Notes under the pieces: generated by a model
Database searches by the model: none
Told to the model about the DNA's origin: nothing
Seen by the model: only the letters and a program-made list of their open reading frames with translations
DNA from: a virus
Taxonomy: Duplodnaviria; Heunggongvirae; Uroviricota; Caudoviricetes
DNA: 64,000 nucleotides
IMG/VR virus record: IMGVR_UViG_3300035682_000015
Direction: 5' to 3' (one strand)
Program-made: the position numbers and the translations under genes
Shown here: positions 46,771 to 56,369 of the stretch, in pieces
Layout: each line of letters starts with the position of its first letter
Position numbering within the stretch: position 1 is the first letter of the stretch

Positions 46771-46928
46771 AAAGAATAGTTTTAACGATATGATTATTGG
46801 ACATTCAATGAAACACGACAAGTCCCACAATTGTCATATGATATCACCCGAGAAAAGAGGTGGTCTGTGGGAAACAAAAGAAGAAACTAAATGTATTGGT
46901 AGAAAACAATTTGAAAACAACAATTAAA

Positions 46929-47132
46929 ATGGAACAAACAGAATTAGAATTTGTGTGCTTTATGAGAGGTACATCCGGGTCGTTTAGAACGAATTTATTT
47001 CAAACAATTTTTAGTGCTGATATTGAAAATTTAACTAAATTGTCGTTAGGATTTCCTAACGAGGTTGAAGTGGTTTATAGATATAGAAACGAAGAGGGTT
47101 ATTGGCAAAAATTATTAAAAAAATTAGAATAA
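46929..47132 (+). CDS. hypothetical small protein
   Basis: ATG MEQTELEF. Confidence 0.4.
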   Translation: MEQTELEFVCFMRGTSGSFRTNLFQTIFSADIENLTKLSLGFPNEVEVVYRYRNEEGYWQKLLKKLE

Positions 47133-47135
47133 GAT

Positions 47136-47312
47136 GAAAAAATCAGTAATATTCTTAATTTTTGGGTTCATGGGGTCATTATTAGGTATATATTTGGAAT
47201 GTATCACTATTGTTACGATAGGTGTGGTAATTCAATTATATTCCATAATTGTAAAACTTAGAGAAAATGATATGGGATTAAAAAGAAAAACAATAGAAGA
47301 TAAATTATGAAA
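47136..47312 (+). CDS. small membrane peptide
   Basis: 58 aa hydrophobic. Confidence 0.3.
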
Positions 47313-47741
47313 AAAATACTATTAATGTTCCTAATTGGAACGATGACGATGTTCTCACAAACAATAAAAGTGAGAGGTGTAACATTATCTTACGATAAGG
47401 TTAAAAAAATAATGACTTTAACTACAACGCCCAAAATTATGTATACCAACGATATTGATATGGATGTGAAGATTGAGATACATAAAGAGTTTGCTCTTAA
47501 AATGACGATTGGTGGTGTTAATTATTCTGTAACTGAAGCATTTTTTGAACATTCAGGTCACGTAAGAGAAATGGGTTGGTCATTTATAACATATAAATCA
47601 GGTGGGTGTAAGGAGATTAAGAAAAATTATGTTTTTCAATTTACGAGTGTTGAACCGGGTGAGTATATTTTGACAGTAAGTAACGTATGTAACGATAAAT
47701 ATGTAACTAACGAACAAACAATGTCAATTCAAATTAATTAA
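47307..47741 (+). CDS. secreted protein
   Basis: Signal peptide MKKILLMFLIGTMTMFSQ. Confidence 0.5.
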   Translation: MKKILLMFLIGTMTMFSQTIKVRGVTLSYDKVKKIMTLTTTPKIMYTNDIDMDVKIEIHKEFALKMTIGGVNYSVTEAFFEHSGHVREMGWSFITYKSGGCKEIKKNYVFQFTSVEPGEYILTVSNVCNDKYVTNEQTMSIQIN

Positions 47742-47742
47742 G

Positions 47743-48405
47743 ATGGATAACGCAATTTACGAATATATAAAAAATGGGATAACCATTAATGGTGACCCGG
47801 TTGGTGGATATCAAGTATTCACAATCCCAACCCAACATTTTAAAATTGATTCTTTACATCAATTAACTCCGGAAACTTTTGAAAGGGAAATTCAAAAACA
47901 AAAAGAACACGATGAATTAACTTCCGAGATATTCAAAGAAGTTCAAAAAGAAATTGACCAAGAGATTGTAAACCAATTACGTGGTGGTGAACCTAATCCT
48001 GATATCATTCCGATGAATACAAACGATAGATTGTATAAGAATTATTTGGTTTATGTTATTGAGGGTGTTAAAAACGGATTTGATAGGATAAAAGGTTATT
48101 TAGATGGATGTTTAGTTGAGTTTGATGGGTATTATGAACATTTCACAAACCCATCTTTTCAATACGGATTTAGACCCTTAACACAAGAAGAGTTCATTAA
48201 TAAGTTATTATTTGATGATGACTTCTACCAAAAGTGGGGTGAGAATTGTTGTAAGGAATTGACTTACGAGGAAAGATATAAAATATGGTTCAGTAAAAAC
48301 TATGAAACCGGATTTGAATATGACGACGAAAAAATGATTACTATTATTGACTTTGATAACTCATATTGGACACCAACACCAAAAAGAAAATTAAAATGGA
48401 ATTAA
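47743..48405 (+). CDS. hypothetical protein carrying ThyA-insert-like motif
   Basis: PLTQEEFINKLLFDDDFYQKWGEN. Confidence 0.5.
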   Translation: MDNAIYEYIKNGITINGDPVGGYQVFTIPTQHFKIDSLHQLTPETFEREIQKQKEHDELTSEIFKEVQKEIDQEIVNQLRGGEPNPDIIPMNTNDRLYKNYLVYVIEGVKNGFDRIKGYLDGCLVEFDGYYEHFTNPSFQYGFRPLTQEEFINKLLFDDDFYQKWGENCCKELTYEERYKIWFSKNYETGFEYDDEKMITIIDFDNSYWTPTPKRKLKWN

Positions 48406-48983
48406 GTGTGATGGAAAGGTATGTAGCATTCATCTGTAATGAACTACCAAAAACGAGAAGAGTATTATTAAATCCCCCACCTCCAATGGAGAACGGAGAG
48501 TATGGATATAAGAGAATGAGTAAAATCGGACCTCACGTTTATATGTCTGTGGAAATTGAGATTGTTGAAAAATACACTCGTTCTGCTAAGTTATGTGTCA
48601 AATTTGAGGATTATCAAATGAACGATATATTCTATATGTCCCGTCATAAGGGGCCGGATAAACTATTGGAGGAAATTGACAAGAAGATTGATAAGATTGT
48701 TAATAGAACTTTGATTGATGATGGAAGACAGGAGTGGGTGAGAGAACAATATAAAATCAAGAGTGATGATTTCAAAAGTAAATTTAAGTTATTACTACCG
48801 GAAATTGATTTGTTTAGTAATTTGTATAAGAGATACGAACTTAATTGGATGAAGGAGAATCCCCCATTTTCAGGTCCATATACTGATGTGTGTTTAACTA
48901 AACAAGAATTTATTGATAAGTTAAGAGACGACAAGGAGTTTAACAAAGTGTGGGGTGGTAACAGAGAAAATATTTTAGAATAA
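48396..48983 (+). CDS. hypothetical protein carrying ThyA-insert-like motif
   Basis: CLTKQEFIDKLRDDKEFNKVWGGN. Confidence 0.5.
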   Translation: MELSVMERYVAFICNELPKTRRVLLNPPPPMENGEYGYKRMSKIGPHVYMSVEIEIVEKYTRSAKLCVKFEDYQMNDIFYMSRHKGPDKLLEEIDKKIDKIVNRTLIDDGRQEWVREQYKIKSDDFKSKFKLLLPEIDLFSNLYKRYELNWMKENPPFSGPYTDVCLTKQEFIDKLRDDKEFNKVWGGNRENILE

Positions 48984-49174
48984 TGTATATTATAGTTTGG
49001 AGAAATAGTCACCGGGAACCTTTTTTAGATACGGATTCTCGTAGTTTTTTGGAGTCGTATTATAGTTACGAGGAGGCTAAGGCTGCTGCCGAAGAAATTG
49101 TTAAAAACGAAAATGAGGGGGAACAAAGTCCCTGGTATTTTGATTATAAAATTTATGAAGAATCAAATGGATAA
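48983..49174 (+). CDS. hypothetical small protein
   Basis: TAATG coupling. Confidence 0.4.
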   Translation: MYIIVWRNSHREPFLDTDSRSFLESYYSYEEAKAAAEEIVKNENEGEQSPWYFDYKIYEESNG

Positions 49175-49412
49175 AGAAAAATTTATTGAAAAAGTAATTG
49201 AAAATGTTAAACACCTAACGGGAAAAATTATTGAATTTATACCTATGGAATTTAACGTTGGTATGTTTATAATAATTGATGGTGTTTCTAAGGGTTTAAC
49301 TAATTCAGTTTTACGTGATTATAAAAACACTATCGATTATTATGAAATAGATATTATCACGGATTTTAGTAATATGATTATTAAAGAATTTAATTTGAAA
49401 TCAAATGACTAA
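49167..49412 (+). CDS. hypothetical small protein
   Basis: ATG MDKEKFIEK overlapping upstream stop. Confidence 0.4.
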   Translation: MDKEKFIEKVIENVKHLTGKIIEFIPMEFNVGMFIIIDGVSKGLTNSVLRDYKNTIDYYEIDIITDFSNMIIKEFNLKSND

Positions 49413-50010
49413 ATTAGAGAATCTTTGTATTAAGTGGTTGAATGAAAATTTTAACCCTATGGAACCATTCATTATGGAAGAATACCCTGATTATATTTTT
49501 CATATGAAAGATGGGAAATGTATTTTACAATACAATAAAAAAAATGGGTATGTTTATGTGAGTTATAGAGAAATTTGGAAATTTTTTGAATCCTATTTTA
49601 GTATGTCTAACCAACAAATTAAGGACATTACAAAGATATGGGTGGAGGAATACTACAAAGTGGGGGTAACAACAACTAAATTACATGAGAGAATTGGAAG
49701 AAGAATGGTGGAGGAACACTACAAAATGGGGGTGACAACAACTTTTGGTTTGGATAGATTGAATTACAGTAAGGTGGAGGAACACTACAAAATGGGGGTA
49801 ACAACAACTGGATTAATCCATCAACACCACCTAAGTCAGGTGGAGGAACACTACAAAATGAGGGTAACAACAACACTATCTGATTTTGGTAACGCAACTC
49901 TACCGGTGGAGAAACAATACAAAGAAATTCAAACAACCAACAACCAATTACAATTTTACTCTGAAAAGGATGTTGAAGAATTATATGAACAAAAAACAAA
50001 TGGAAAATAA
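49405..50010 (+). CDS. family-C paralog with C-terminal 22-aa tandem repeats (VEEHYKMGVTTT)
   Basis: N-terminal domain paralogous to 13073 and 20554 genes. Confidence 0.55.
   Translation: MTKLENLCIKWLNENFNPMEPFIMEEYPDYIFHMKDGKCILQYNKKNGYVYVSYREIWKFFESYFSMSNQQIKDITKIWVEEYYKVGVTTTKLHERIGRRMVEEHYKMGVTTTFGLDRLNYSKVEEHYKMGVTTTGLIHQHHLSQVEEHYKMRVTTTLSDFGNATLPVEKQYKEIQTTNNQLQFYSEKDVEELYEQKTNGK
49642..49941 (+). repeat. 66-bp tandem repeat, 4 good copies + 1 degenerate
   Basis: Unit starts at 49642, 49708, 49774, 49840, 49906. Confidence 0.85.
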
Positions 50011-50401
50011 ATACGAAGACAGAACGATTAAACTAAATGAATTATCTGAAGGTGATGAGTTTATTGGTAAATGGTCTCCCACAAAAATTAGATACTTAAA
50101 AAATTTAGGTGGGGATAGACATTTATTAAAGGATGTTGAAACCGGACGAGAATGGGAAGTTCCTCACGGAAGATTTCCTTCGTTTAAGAAAATAACAACA
50201 TTCATAAATGAACCAATTGAAACTATTTTGGAAAAACCTGACCTTAATAGTTGGAAATATTATTCAAAATTACTATCTTTATCGGAAAAGATATATTTGG
50301 AGATGTTTGGTGAGCCAAAATCTCACACAGAATGGGCGGATAGTATCAATAAAATAGGGAGAATAAACAGATTAATAATAAAACACGCAAATGGCAACTA
50401 A
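49985..50401 (+). CDS. hypothetical protein
   Basis: ATG MNKKQMENKYED; alternative ATG at 50000. Confidence 0.45.
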   Translation: MNKKQMENKYEDRTIKLNELSEGDEFIGKWSPTKIRYLKNLGGDRHLLKDVETGREWEVPHGRFPSFKKITTFINEPIETILEKPDLNSWKYYSKLLSLSEKIYLEMFGEPKSHTEWADSINKIGRINRLIIKHANGN

Positions 50402-50708
50402 AAAAGAAAAAAAAGTTAGAGAAAAGATTGATTTGGACCACGATACCCTTATGGATTTATGGGATAATGTTAATTATAAAGGTGATAGTCACGAATTAAA
50501 CGGTGAGAAATATACTCACGTAGATAAAATAAACACATCTGATAAGTCAGATGGTGATTCTTGGGATTATATTGTACAAAGAAAATCTGATGGAAAACAT
50601 TTCAAATTTAATGTTTGGGATGCAGGTTCACATAATGGTTATGTCTTTGAAGATAAGTTCTTAGAAGAAGTATTTCCTAAAACAGTTACAACAACCAAAT
50701 ATAAATAA
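50391..50708 (+). CDS. hypothetical protein
   Basis: 105 aa. Confidence 0.5.
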   Translation: MATKKEKKVREKIDLDHDTLMDLWDNVNYKGDSHELNGEKYTHVDKINTSDKSDGDSWDYIVQRKSDGKHFKFNVWDAGSHNGYVFEDKFLEEVFPKTVTTTKYK

Positions 50709-50709
50709 A

Positions 50710-51213
50710 ATGGCGAAATACGATAATAAAAACAGAAAACCCCATTTAGGGTTACTAAATTTTGAAGGGGATACATTCAGAGCATACAAACTTGGTGTCT
50801 CTGATTACGTAATTGTGGATGACCAACACGAGATAATTGAGATGACCAACACAAAAGGTATCATCTACATTATGAATGGTGGTAAATCTTTAACAACAAG
50901 TTATGGTAGAACATATACCATTCCAAATGAACATAAAGATGCGAGACCAACTGACGAAAAGTTAAGAATTTTCTTGGGATTGGATTCTTTAGAAGATGAG
51001 GAAGATGATTTGGAACTTTGGGAATCAGTTCAGTACAGAATGGATGAAGAAGGATTTGACTATTGTTTTGAAAGTTATAGTCATTGGGATGAAATCAAAG
51101 ATGAAGAGTTCCACCGATTAAGATTGGGATTCTTACAATCTATGGAAGACCTTAGAAATTATATTAATAAAAAAGTTGAAGAAGGTAGAGAAAAAGAATT
51201 GGATGGAGAATAA
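50710..51213 (+). CDS. hypothetical acidic protein
   Basis: 167 aa. Confidence 0.5.
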   Translation: MAKYDNKNRKPHLGLLNFEGDTFRAYKLGVSDYVIVDDQHEIIEMTNTKGIIYIMNGGKSLTTSYGRTYTIPNEHKDARPTDEKLRIFLGLDSLEDEEDDLELWESVQYRMDEEGFDYCFESYSHWDEIKDEEFHRLRLGFLQSMEDLRNYINKKVEEGREKELDGE

Positions 51214-51496
51214 CAATCATAAATACAATACAAGAATCCCCCCAGAAATGAAGGGAAAATATAAACAACTTGATGAGGTTTATAATGATTGGAATGATTT
51301 TTTTGACAAATATGCTGATGGTAAAAGACAAAATAATGGAATAATCTCATATTTTTTGGGGTCATCAAATGAAGTTACGTTATTTTGGTTTGAAGGTGAA
51401 GAATTTCCATTTGCTTACGTTTTTAGTAGTGGGATTTATGAAATTAATGGTGAATATAAACGAGGATATAGATTTTATTTAAAAGATGGAGAGTAA
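51203..51496 (+). CDS. hypothetical protein
   Basis: ATG MENNNHKYN. Confidence 0.45.
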   Translation: MENNNHKYNTRIPPEMKGKYKQLDEVYNDWNDFFDKYADGKRQNNGIISYFLGSSNEVTLFWFEGEEFPFAYVFSSGIYEINGEYKRGYRFYLKDGE

Positions 51497-51788
51497 AGAA
51501 TATAATTTTAGATGTACCTATAAGAAAGGTGAACATCGTTGTAACGGAAGTCACCTTTTTGAATTGAACGATTCTATTTTACCGTTACTATCATATTATA
51601 TGATTTTCAGAGGTAACTTAACTATTGATAAGGAAATGGTGTTATCTGAAATGAAAGAGTTTGAAACTTATCTTGATGAATTATACCTTGATAATGAAAG
51701 TAAAGGTGGTGAAATATTTATACATTTCACCACAATTGATATACAAGCCGAATTAATACATTCCTTTGTGGATAAAAAATATGAATAA
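51486..51788 (+). CDS. hypothetical protein
   Basis: 100 aa. Confidence 0.45.
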   Translation: MESKEYNFRCTYKKGEHRCNGSHLFELNDSILPLLSYYMIFRGNLTIDKEMVLSEMKEFETYLDELYLDNESKGGEIFIHFTTIDIQAELIHSFVDKKYE

Positions 51789-51927
51789 ACCGGAAATAAT
51801 TGACGATGAATTATGGGACCATTACAGTGGGTTACCAAATCCAATGTGGTATCAACGTAATAAAGAATTAGAGGATGAAGAAGAAGATACAAGTGATAGT
51901 GATGATACTGAAGTTACTACTGAATAA
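51781..51927 (+). CDS. small acidic protein
   Basis: 48 aa. Confidence 0.3.
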   Translation: MNKPEIIDDELWDHYSGLPNPMWYQRNKELEDEEEDTSDSDDTEVTTE

Positions 51928-51951
51928 AATAAAACGAAAAAGAAAAAGTAT

Positions 51952-52125
51952 ATGGGACTTATAAATAATCTTTATGCTGTGTATGAAAAATCACCGGCAC
52001 ACGGGAGCAAAGAACATAATGTAATTTTGGCTCCTTTCAAAACTAAAGAAGAGGCAGAACAAAACAGAATTAAATACGGTTATAACACCGATAATTATTA
52101 CGTAGATATTTTGAAATATGAATAA
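51952..52125 (+). CDS. hypothetical small protein
   Basis: 57 aa, stop overlaps thyA start. Confidence 0.3.
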   Translation: MGLINNLYAVYEKSPAHGSKEHNVILAPFKTKEEAEQNRIKYGYNTDNYYVDILKYE

Positions 52126-53266
52126 ACTAGATAAACAATACACAGACCTTCTCCAAGACATTCTTGACAACGGAGTAACAAAACAAGACAGAACAGGTAC
52201 AGGGACAATCTCAGTATTCGGAAGACAAATACGTCACGATATGAAAGATGGTTTTCCTCTTTTGACTACAAAGAAAATGCCATTCAAAACAATCGTAACA
52301 GAACTTCTTTGGTTCTTACGAGGAGATACCAACATTAAGTTTTTGGTTGATAATAATTGTCATATTTGGGATGGTGATTGCTACAAATCTTATAAACAAA
52401 GTATTTTAGAATCCTTTGATAGATTATCAAATGACCCCGTAATAGATGCGATGCCACCTAGAATATTAACACAAGAAGAATTCACCAACAAAATCAAAAC
52501 AGATGATGAGTTTGCTAAGAAGTGGGGTGAGTTAGGTCCTGTGTACGGTAAGCAATGGAGAAAGTGGGGTTATGATAGTGATAAATGGAGAGAAGACTAT
52601 AACAAATTACAATTTGGTTCTAAAGAAGAAATTGAACACCTTAGTAAAAAAGGTATAGACCAAATCACAAACCTAATCAACGACCTTAAAACAAATCCAG
52701 ACTCAAGACGATTGATGGTTAATGCTTGGAATGTTGGAGAATTAGACCAAATGGTTCTTCCACCTTGTCATTATGGATTTCAAGTTTATACAAGAGAGTT
52801 GAGTTTAGATGATAGAAAAGATATTTGGAATAAAAACAATTTCAGTCAAGATATGTCGTGGCATAATATGGAAGAACACGATATTATGGATTTACTAAAC
52901 GATAATGACATCCCAAAACGAGCAATCTCTTTAATGTTTAATATGAGGTCAAATGATGTTCCATTAGGGCTTCCATTTAATATATCATCTTATGGTTTAT
53001 TATTAGAAATTATTGGGAAAATGGTTAATATGATACCTGACGAATTAATTACTAATTTAGGTGATGCTCATATCTATAAAAACCAAGTAGATGGTGTTAA
53101 AGAACAATTAACAAGGAAACCATTTGAATTACCTAAATTAGTTATGTCTAACCAAATTAATTTTAATGAAAGTGTTGCTGAATTTTTGAATAGTTGTCTA
53201 ATAACTGATTTTATTGTTGAAAATTATCAATCACATCCAACCATAAAAATGCCATTATCTAACTAG
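52118..53266 (+). CDS. thyA: thymidylate synthase family (ThyA, long-insert type); possibly pyrimidine hydroxymethylase
   Basis: DRTGTGT, ELLWFLRGDTN, LGPVYGKQWR, LPPCHYGFQ (catalytic Cys), DVPLGLPFNISSYG; L. casei-like small-domain insert plus extra ~35-aa insert. Confidence 0.8.
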   Translation: MNKLDKQYTDLLQDILDNGVTKQDRTGTGTISVFGRQIRHDMKDGFPLLTTKKMPFKTIVTELLWFLRGDTNIKFLVDNNCHIWDGDCYKSYKQSILESFDRLSNDPVIDAMPPRILTQEEFTNKIKTDDEFAKKWGELGPVYGKQWRKWGYDSDKWREDYNKLQFGSKEEIEHLSKKGIDQITNLINDLKTNPDSRRLMVNAWNVGELDQMVLPPCHYGFQVYTRELSLDDRKDIWNKNNFSQDMSWHNMEEHDIMDLLNDNDIPKRAISLMFNMRSNDVPLGLPFNISSYGLLLEIIGKMVNMIPDELITNLGDAHIYKNQVDGVKEQLTRKPFELPKLVMSNQINFNESVAEFLNSCLITDFIVENYQSHPTIKMPLSN

Positions 53267-53322
53267 TTTTTTCATAATTTTATGATATTTATATTAAAGA
53301 GTAATCCTTAAACTAAATCAAT

Positions 53323-54153
53323 ATGAAAAAGTTTTTAATCTATGAAATAAAAAACAATATAAATGGTAAATCTTATATTGGACAATATAGTGGTGAGTCA
53401 TTTGAAAAGTATTTTGGAAGTGGAAAATTAATTAAGTTATCAATAAAAAAATATGGGTTAGAAAATTTTTCTAAAACAATTTTAGAAGAGTGCTTTAATA
53501 AAAATGAATTGAATGAAAAAGAAATTTTTTGGATAGATAAATTAAAAACTATTGAAAATGGTTATAATTTGACTGAAGGTGGAACAGGGGGTGATTTGTC
53601 TGAATTTATAAAGTATGGTGAGAATTGGGTTGAAAAACAAAGAATCTCCACAAAAAAATATTGGGACAATCTAACTGAAGATGAAAGAAAAAAAAGAAGT
53701 GAAATTGTTTCAGGTGAAAAAAATGGGATGTATGGTAAAGATGGATTTTGGAAGGGTAAAAAAATACCAATAGATATTATTAAAAAGTCATTGGAGAATA
53801 GAAGAAGTTACGATAAAGAACAAAACCCAAATTGGAAAGGTGGTGTTACATATGTTTATTGTGAATGTGGTAAAAGAATAGGTTATGGTCACATTCATTG
53901 TAACAAATGTAGACCTAGAACTAAAAACAATAATCCATTTTATGGGAAACAACATTCCGAAGAGACTAAAAAAAAATTAAGTGAAAAAAGGAAAGGGGTA
54001 AAACCAACAAATATGAAACCGGTAATGATTGATAATATTATTTATGAAAGTTTGGCGGAAGCGTCAAATATACTTAAAATTCCAATGGTTACAATTCGTT
54101 GGAGAGTGAAAAGTAATAATGAAAAATTTAATAATTACCAATATAAAGAATAA
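53323..54153 (+). CDS. GIY-YIG homing endonuclease
   Basis: IYEIKNNINGKSYIGQ ... NGYNLTEGGTGG; NUMOD-like repeats; Cys4 zinc finger CECGKRIGYGHIHCNKCR. Confidence 0.75.
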   Translation: MKKFLIYEIKNNINGKSYIGQYSGESFEKYFGSGKLIKLSIKKYGLENFSKTILEECFNKNELNEKEIFWIDKLKTIENGYNLTEGGTGGDLSEFIKYGENWVEKQRISTKKYWDNLTEDERKKRSEIVSGEKNGMYGKDGFWKGKKIPIDIIKKSLENRRSYDKEQNPNWKGGVTYVYCECGKRIGYGHIHCNKCRPRTKNNNPFYGKQHSEETKKKLSEKRKGVKPTNMKPVMIDNIIYESLAEASNILKIPMVTIRWRVKSNNEKFNNYQYKE

Positions 54154-54156
54154 AAA

Positions 54157-54393
54157 ATGTTAATACATATTCAGACACAGGAATTGGAAAAAGAATTCAT
54201 AAATCCGGTTAAAAATGGGTTTGTGTCTCATCCGGCGATTGATTACCAAACAAATGCCATCCACGCACAATACGAAGGAAAAGATGTGATAATCTTTAAC
54301 TTCAAAAAGTATGGGTGGTTAAACGATAATAGATTTAACACCTACAACCTATCATTAGGACCGGCAGGTATAACAATTGAAATAATATTATGA
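54157..54393 (+). CDS. hypothetical small protein
   Basis: 78 aa. Confidence 0.4.
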   Translation: MLIHIQTQELEKEFINPVKNGFVSHPAIDYQTNAIHAQYEGKDVIIFNFKKYGWLNDNRFNTYNLSLGPAGITIEIIL

Positions 54394-54593
54394 CTATAAC
54401 ACAAATAACGACATCGACTTTTGAATATAATGATGAAAAATATAGTGTATGTACCCGAAGATTTATAGATTTTAATGATTTTCAAAATTACTTGGAAAGA
54501 AATCGTAAATTAGGTAAAACAAAATTATTCATTCATTCCATATTTACATTACCTGAACAAACAGAAATTTGGATTAAATACCAACTAATATAA
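54390..54593 (+). CDS. hypothetical small protein
   Basis: ATGA overlap. Confidence 0.4.
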   Translation: MTITQITTSTFEYNDEKYSVCTRRFIDFNDFQNYLERNRKLGKTKLFIHSIFTLPEQTEIWIKYQLI

Positions 54594-54598
54594 ATATT

Positions 54599-54802
54599 AT
54601 GAAAAGTCCATTAACCGGAAAAGAAATGAAATTAATGTCGGAACCATCCACATTAAATTACAGAGGAAAACAATACAATGTGAATCACCACTTCTACCTA
54701 TGTGAATTAACAAACGAACAATTCACAACAACAGAGTTAGATGAACAAAATTTAGACGAATTATATAAACAAGTAGAAAATGAACGAAGCAACAGAATTT
54801 GA
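54599..54802 (+). CDS. hypothetical small protein
   Basis: 67 aa. Confidence 0.4.
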   Translation: MKSPLTGKEMKLMSEPSTLNYRGKQYNVNHHFYLCELTNEQFTTTELDEQNLDELYKQVENERSNRI

Positions 54803-54971
54803 GATGATGAGGTCACTCCATACATTATGGATGAAAGGTTTGATAACTTGGGACCAAGTTGAGGAATTATTAGTGGCAAGTATCCAATTAGAACTAACAT
54901 TCTTAAATAAGGATGAATTTACGGCAGAAACATTAGATGGAAAAACAAAATATAGACTCGGAGAACAATAA
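54780..54971 (+). CDS. hypothetical small protein
   Basis: 63 aa. Confidence 0.35.
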   Translation: MNEATEFEMMRSLHTLWMKGLITWDQVEELLVASIQLELTFLNKDEFTAETLDGKTKYRLGEQ

Positions 54972-55293
54972 TTACTTTAAGAAAAATAAAGTAAAAATTA
55001 ATAAAATTGTTAAGGAATATAAGAGTGCAACACCAAAAGAAATTTGGGTGGGTGTAAGAGATAATTTTACCTTTGGGTTCTTAGGTGCTACCTTAGTTGT
55101 TTTCATCTCTACACGTACCGATATTGCGGTATTCTTAGATTATTTAGTATATTATTTCTTTATGGGTAAGATTGTTAATAGAACAAAATATGTGACTGAT
55201 TTGGGTAAATTAATTGTGTTTCCATTACCATCTGCTTTAGGAGCGTTCACCGGATACAAATTAAGTTATATTTTATTACACTTTATTAAATAA
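54937..55293 (+). CDS. membrane protein (start uncertain)
   Basis: Hydrophobic helices; overlaps upstream ORF by 35 nt. Confidence 0.35.
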   Translation: MEKQNIDSENNNYFKKNKVKINKIVKEYKSATPKEIWVGVRDNFTFGFLGATLVVFISTRTDIAVFLDYLVYYFFMGKIVNRTKYVTDLGKLIVFPLPSALGAFTGYKLSYILLHFIK

Positions 55294-55295
55294 AA

Positions 55296-55322
55296 AAACC
55301 GACATATGTCGGTTTTGTTGTT
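55296..55322. terminator. bidirectional intrinsic terminator
   Basis: AACCGACAT-ATGTCGGTT palindrome, A7/T-run flanks. Confidence 0.7.
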
Positions 55323-55925
55323 TTAAGCGATTTCTGATTTATTGATTGGGTGTGGTTTTGGGGAATGACCGGAAACATATCCTTGAGTTACTTTACGTAA
55401 TAAATCTTTAGTACCCCATTTTGAATTTATAACTGCATCGGATAATTGAGATAAACCTACATCATTTTTTAGTCCATCGATAATATTATAATATCCGTAT
55501 TTATCTCTACCATTTTTAAGAGTTTTACAGGTTGCTTCAATACCTTCTTCCGGAGTTGAATAATTTTTAACACCTACGGAAGTATTACTAATATTTGTTG
55601 CTCCAGGCATTTTCATAGTAGTATTGAATGGGTTGTTTTTTGCTTTACCACCTTCAGCTTGTCTCCAAGCGTACATAAATAACATATTATTTTTAGTTGG
55701 TTCAGCACCTAAACATTTTAAAACTGATTTATAAAAATCGTCATCAGTTGTTGTTATGTTATTTGAAGTGTTATCGTCATCATCATTAAACTTGCCTGTT
55801 TTTAACATATTGGATATTTTATCGGTTAATCCTTTAAAAATATCATCGGCCCCCTGTTCATTAATATTATATAATAATTTAATGTGGTTTTTATCTTCTT
55901 CTGTTATTAAAATTTTCTTAGACAT
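55323..55925 (-). CDS. hypothetical protein with KILITEED leader
   Basis: MSKKILITEEDKNHIKLLYNINEQ. Confidence 0.5.
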   Translation of the reverse strand: MSKKILITEEDKNHIKLLYNINEQGADDIFKGLTDKISNMLKTGKFNDDDDNTSNNITTTDDDFYKSVLKCLGAEPTKNNMLFMYAWRQAEGGKAKNNPFNTTMKMPGATNISNTSVGVKNYSTPEEGIEATCKTLKNGRDKYGYYNIIDGLKNDVGLSQLSDAVINSKWGTKDLLRKVTQGYVSGHSPKPHPINKSEIA

Positions 55926-55976
55926 ATAAAATTTAGTTTATTATAAATACTAACAAATTTTAATATATTTATAAAT

Positions 55977-56366
55977 ATGAAAGTAATAGTTAAACATATT
56001 GATTCTGATGTTCCAAAAGAGAATTATAAATTCTTTAATGACTTCATCAAATACTTACAAAAACTGTATCCATTAAAAAATGATATAACGATTAAGTTTG
56101 TTGGTGAAAGAGTTGGTAATATGACAACAGGTCAAAGAAATGATAAAGATGAGTTATTAATTTTATCTAAGGGTAGAATGAATAGGGACATTTTAAGAAC
56201 ACTTGCCCACGAATGGGTTCACGAATATCAAAGAACAATTTTAAAACGTAATCAAGGTCCTGATATTGGTGGTAAGAATGAAGATGAAGCGAATTCTGAA
56301 TCCGGAGCAATTATTAAAAAATATGAAAAGAAATATCCAAAAGACGAAAAAAAGATGTATAAATAA
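55977..56366 (+). CDS. putative HExxH zinc metallopeptidase-like protein
   Basis: LAHEWVHEY motif; weak. Confidence 0.35.
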   Translation: MKVIVKHIDSDVPKENYKFFNDFIKYLQKLYPLKNDITIKFVGERVGNMTTGQRNDKDELLILSKGRMNRDILRTLAHEWVHEYQRTILKRNQGPDIGGKNEDEANSESGAIIKKYEKKYPKDEKKMYK

Positions 56367-56369
56367 AAA

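Noticed and set aside
52118-53266. Intein or intron interrupting thyA (to explain the 382-aa length)
   Set aside because: The reading frame is continuous. The extra length comes from the L. casei-type small-domain insert and one additional short insert, with no intein blocks (no Cys/Ser-His...His-Asn termini) and no intron-like non-coding gap.
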